A stretch of DNA of 64,000 bases from Negaprion brevirostris (Eukaryota). Of this stretch, positions 62,006 through 64,000 are shown piece after piece (the first letter of the stretch is position 1; each line of letters starts with the position of its first letter). Where the stretch lies: NCBI GenBank assembly GCA_030324005.1, contig JARDVH010000059.1:86662370-86726369 (forward strand), written 5' to 3'. Under the pieces are notes generated by a model. The model did no database searches and had not been told where the DNA came from. It saw only the letters and a program-made list of their open reading frames with translations. A program made the translations under genes and the position numbers.

Positions 62006-63302
62006 ATAGATATGTTGGCAGCATCATTTTATGTCTGGAAGCCTTCTGAAGGTGTAGGGGGCCAAGTGGGTCAGTTATAAAGTTGCAGTTTGAACATGTG
62101 CTCTACTGAAGTGTTGGCATTGCATGACATGCAATTAAAGAGCTGTATGTTTACATGAGGGCTTAGTGTTGGCCAGCAATACATGTGGAATTGTTTGTTT
62201 GGCAACCCTATGGGGTATACAAATTTAGACGTGCTCTCTGGAAATGGCACAGTTGAGTAATGTAATGGCACCTTTCTTAAGATCTTTCTCTGCATCTGTT
62301 CCTAGACTGTTTGGGCACTGTGAACATTGTATATCCAAGCTACCATCCACGAGATAAACTACTGTGCTATTCTCTGGGGGAGTACCTTGGAGCATAAAAC
62401 ACAGTCTTCNNNNNNNNNNNNNNNNNNNNNNNNNNNNNNNNNNNNNNNNNNNNNNNNNNNNNNNNNNNNNNNNNNNNNNNNNNNNNNNNNNNNNNNNNNN
62501 NNNNNNNNNNNNNNNNNNNNNNNNNNNNNNNNNNNNNNNNNNNNNNNNNNNNNNNNNNNNNNNNNNNNNNNNCAATACAATCCTGGCTGATCCTGGGCTT
62601 CAACTTCATTTTCTCCCTTTTCCAACTTTTTGAGCTCCACACAACCTTGTGAAAATTTTTTAAAATCCTTAAAATATTTTCTATCACTGGAATAAATATT
62701 TCTTACTTAAATGATCACTTGCCTTAGAATTTTGACATTTATGCTGGCTTCTTTAACAGTGAACCTCCCCCCTACATTTGGCTAACTCCAGGCCCAGTAT
62801 GAATTAACAACTTGCTAAGGATAAGAGTCATGCATGTCAATTACTGCTTTCCAGGCAGTACTCATTTAAGCCAATCACATGAATTAGGTTCACTCAAAGG
62901 CTATGTAAACCTTGAAAGATAGCCTAACAACACCAAGGATATTGTCTTCAGTCTTCATTGTTATAATCCTTGTGCTGGTCATGAACAAAGGTTAAACGTG
63001 AATACAATGATCCCTCCTAAACACTAGCATTTTGAAATTATGTTTCAAATGCCTGCGCAGAGATGATTTAGGTTGCCAAGGTAATCGTAAGTTACATTGT
63101 TAAAACAGGAGGAAGGTTGCAATATCGAGGATGTTGCTCCTGAAAATACATTCAACAGAGTGAACAGGAATTGTTAGGCAGGTGTTCATGGAAGGGATGC
63201 CTAGGCAAGTTGTGTGAACTGCCATCCAAAGAAAATGTATTGTCCAAACATATAATAAAACATTTTCGGCAACACTATTAACTGTAATACTGAACTCCAA
63301 TA

Positions 63303-63613
63303 TCATAGAATCCTAAAGTGCAGGAGGAGGCCATTCAGCTCATTGAGTCTGCACCAACTACAATCCCACCCAGGCCCTAACCCCATAACCCCATGCATTT
63401 AACCCAGCTAGTCCCCCTGACATTTTGGGGCAATTCAGCATGGCCAATCTAACTAACACACACATCTTTGATCTGTGGGAGGAAACCAGAGCACCCATGA
63501 AGACATGAGAAAAGTGTGCAAATTCCACACACTCAGTGACACAAGCCAGAAATTGAACCCGTGTCCCTGGCGCTGTGAGGCAGCGGTGCTAATCACTGTG
63601 CCACCGTGCTATC
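63303..63613 (-). mobile_element. HE1 SINE, tail A
   Basis: Reverse-strand full copy. Confidence 0.88.
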
Positions 63614-64000
63614 CAAAACATTGCCCATCTTTTCCATGCTATTTCATCAGTCTGCTAAATCATTAAAGAATTTAATAACATCTATTTCTTGTGTCTTTGT
63701 ATTCAAATGCCTCCTACTTATCTTCTACTTTTTCGTGTATATATGTGTTAGTACTAGTTAATTATACCCATGCAGATTCCCATATGGAAGGAAGAAGTGC
63801 ATTGGACACTTTTAGTGATAGTTCACTGTGATTCTTCTAGTCCTATATTTCCTTGTATTGTGTTTTGTGATGGCTCTACTCAAAGGGTAAGGGACAGCAG
63901 ATTTATGTGTGTCTACTCGAAGTTTGCTATGGTTGCATAACTTTGCATAGCAATGAACTCTTGGGATCCCTCCCTTGATACAATCCAAATCTAAAATTCA

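Noticed and set aside
379-63666. Recurring short ORFs such as AQWLALLPHS and VWSLHILPVS
   Set aside because: Translations of HE1 SINE copies, not a gene family.
1-64000. CRISPR arrays, operons or other prokaryotic systems
   Set aside because: The sequence is vertebrate, with spliceosomal introns; no regular repeat-spacer array was seen.

Overview
This is AT-rich, repeat-dense eukaryotic DNA with many N gaps from an elasmobranch (shark or ray), judged from abundant HE1-type V-SINEs and HER1/CR1 LINE tails. It contains one protein-coding gene, the spalt-family zinc-finger gene sall3, on the + strand. The large exon 2 is 18212-21654, intron 2 is about 20.2 kb and TE-filled, and the exon 3 CDS is 41898-42329, followed by a roughly 4.4 kb TE-free putative 3' UTR. 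Exon 1 lies upstream of the window. The rest consists of SINEs (two HE1 tail variants, DeuSINE-like copies and a third tRNA-SINE family), CR1/L2/Rex LINE relics, two Gypsy relics, ~127-bp MITEs, Penelope pLTR derivatives, microsatellites and CNE-like unique blocks. The five strongest findings are: (1) a full-length but remodelled U2 snRNA-derived retroposon with a 15-bp target-site duplication (48421-48680); (2) a 216-nt in-frame exitron in sall3 exon 2 that removes exactly zinc-finger cluster 3; (3) a structurally intact minimal type I hammerhead ribozyme with the U3-A8 compensatory core, in a Penelope-derived cluster (57540-57578); (4) a templated local insertion flanked by 31-bp direct repeats; (5) a CpG-retaining domain downstream of the gene. 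Family names come from recalled consensus sequences, not database searches, and repeat boundaries are approximate.
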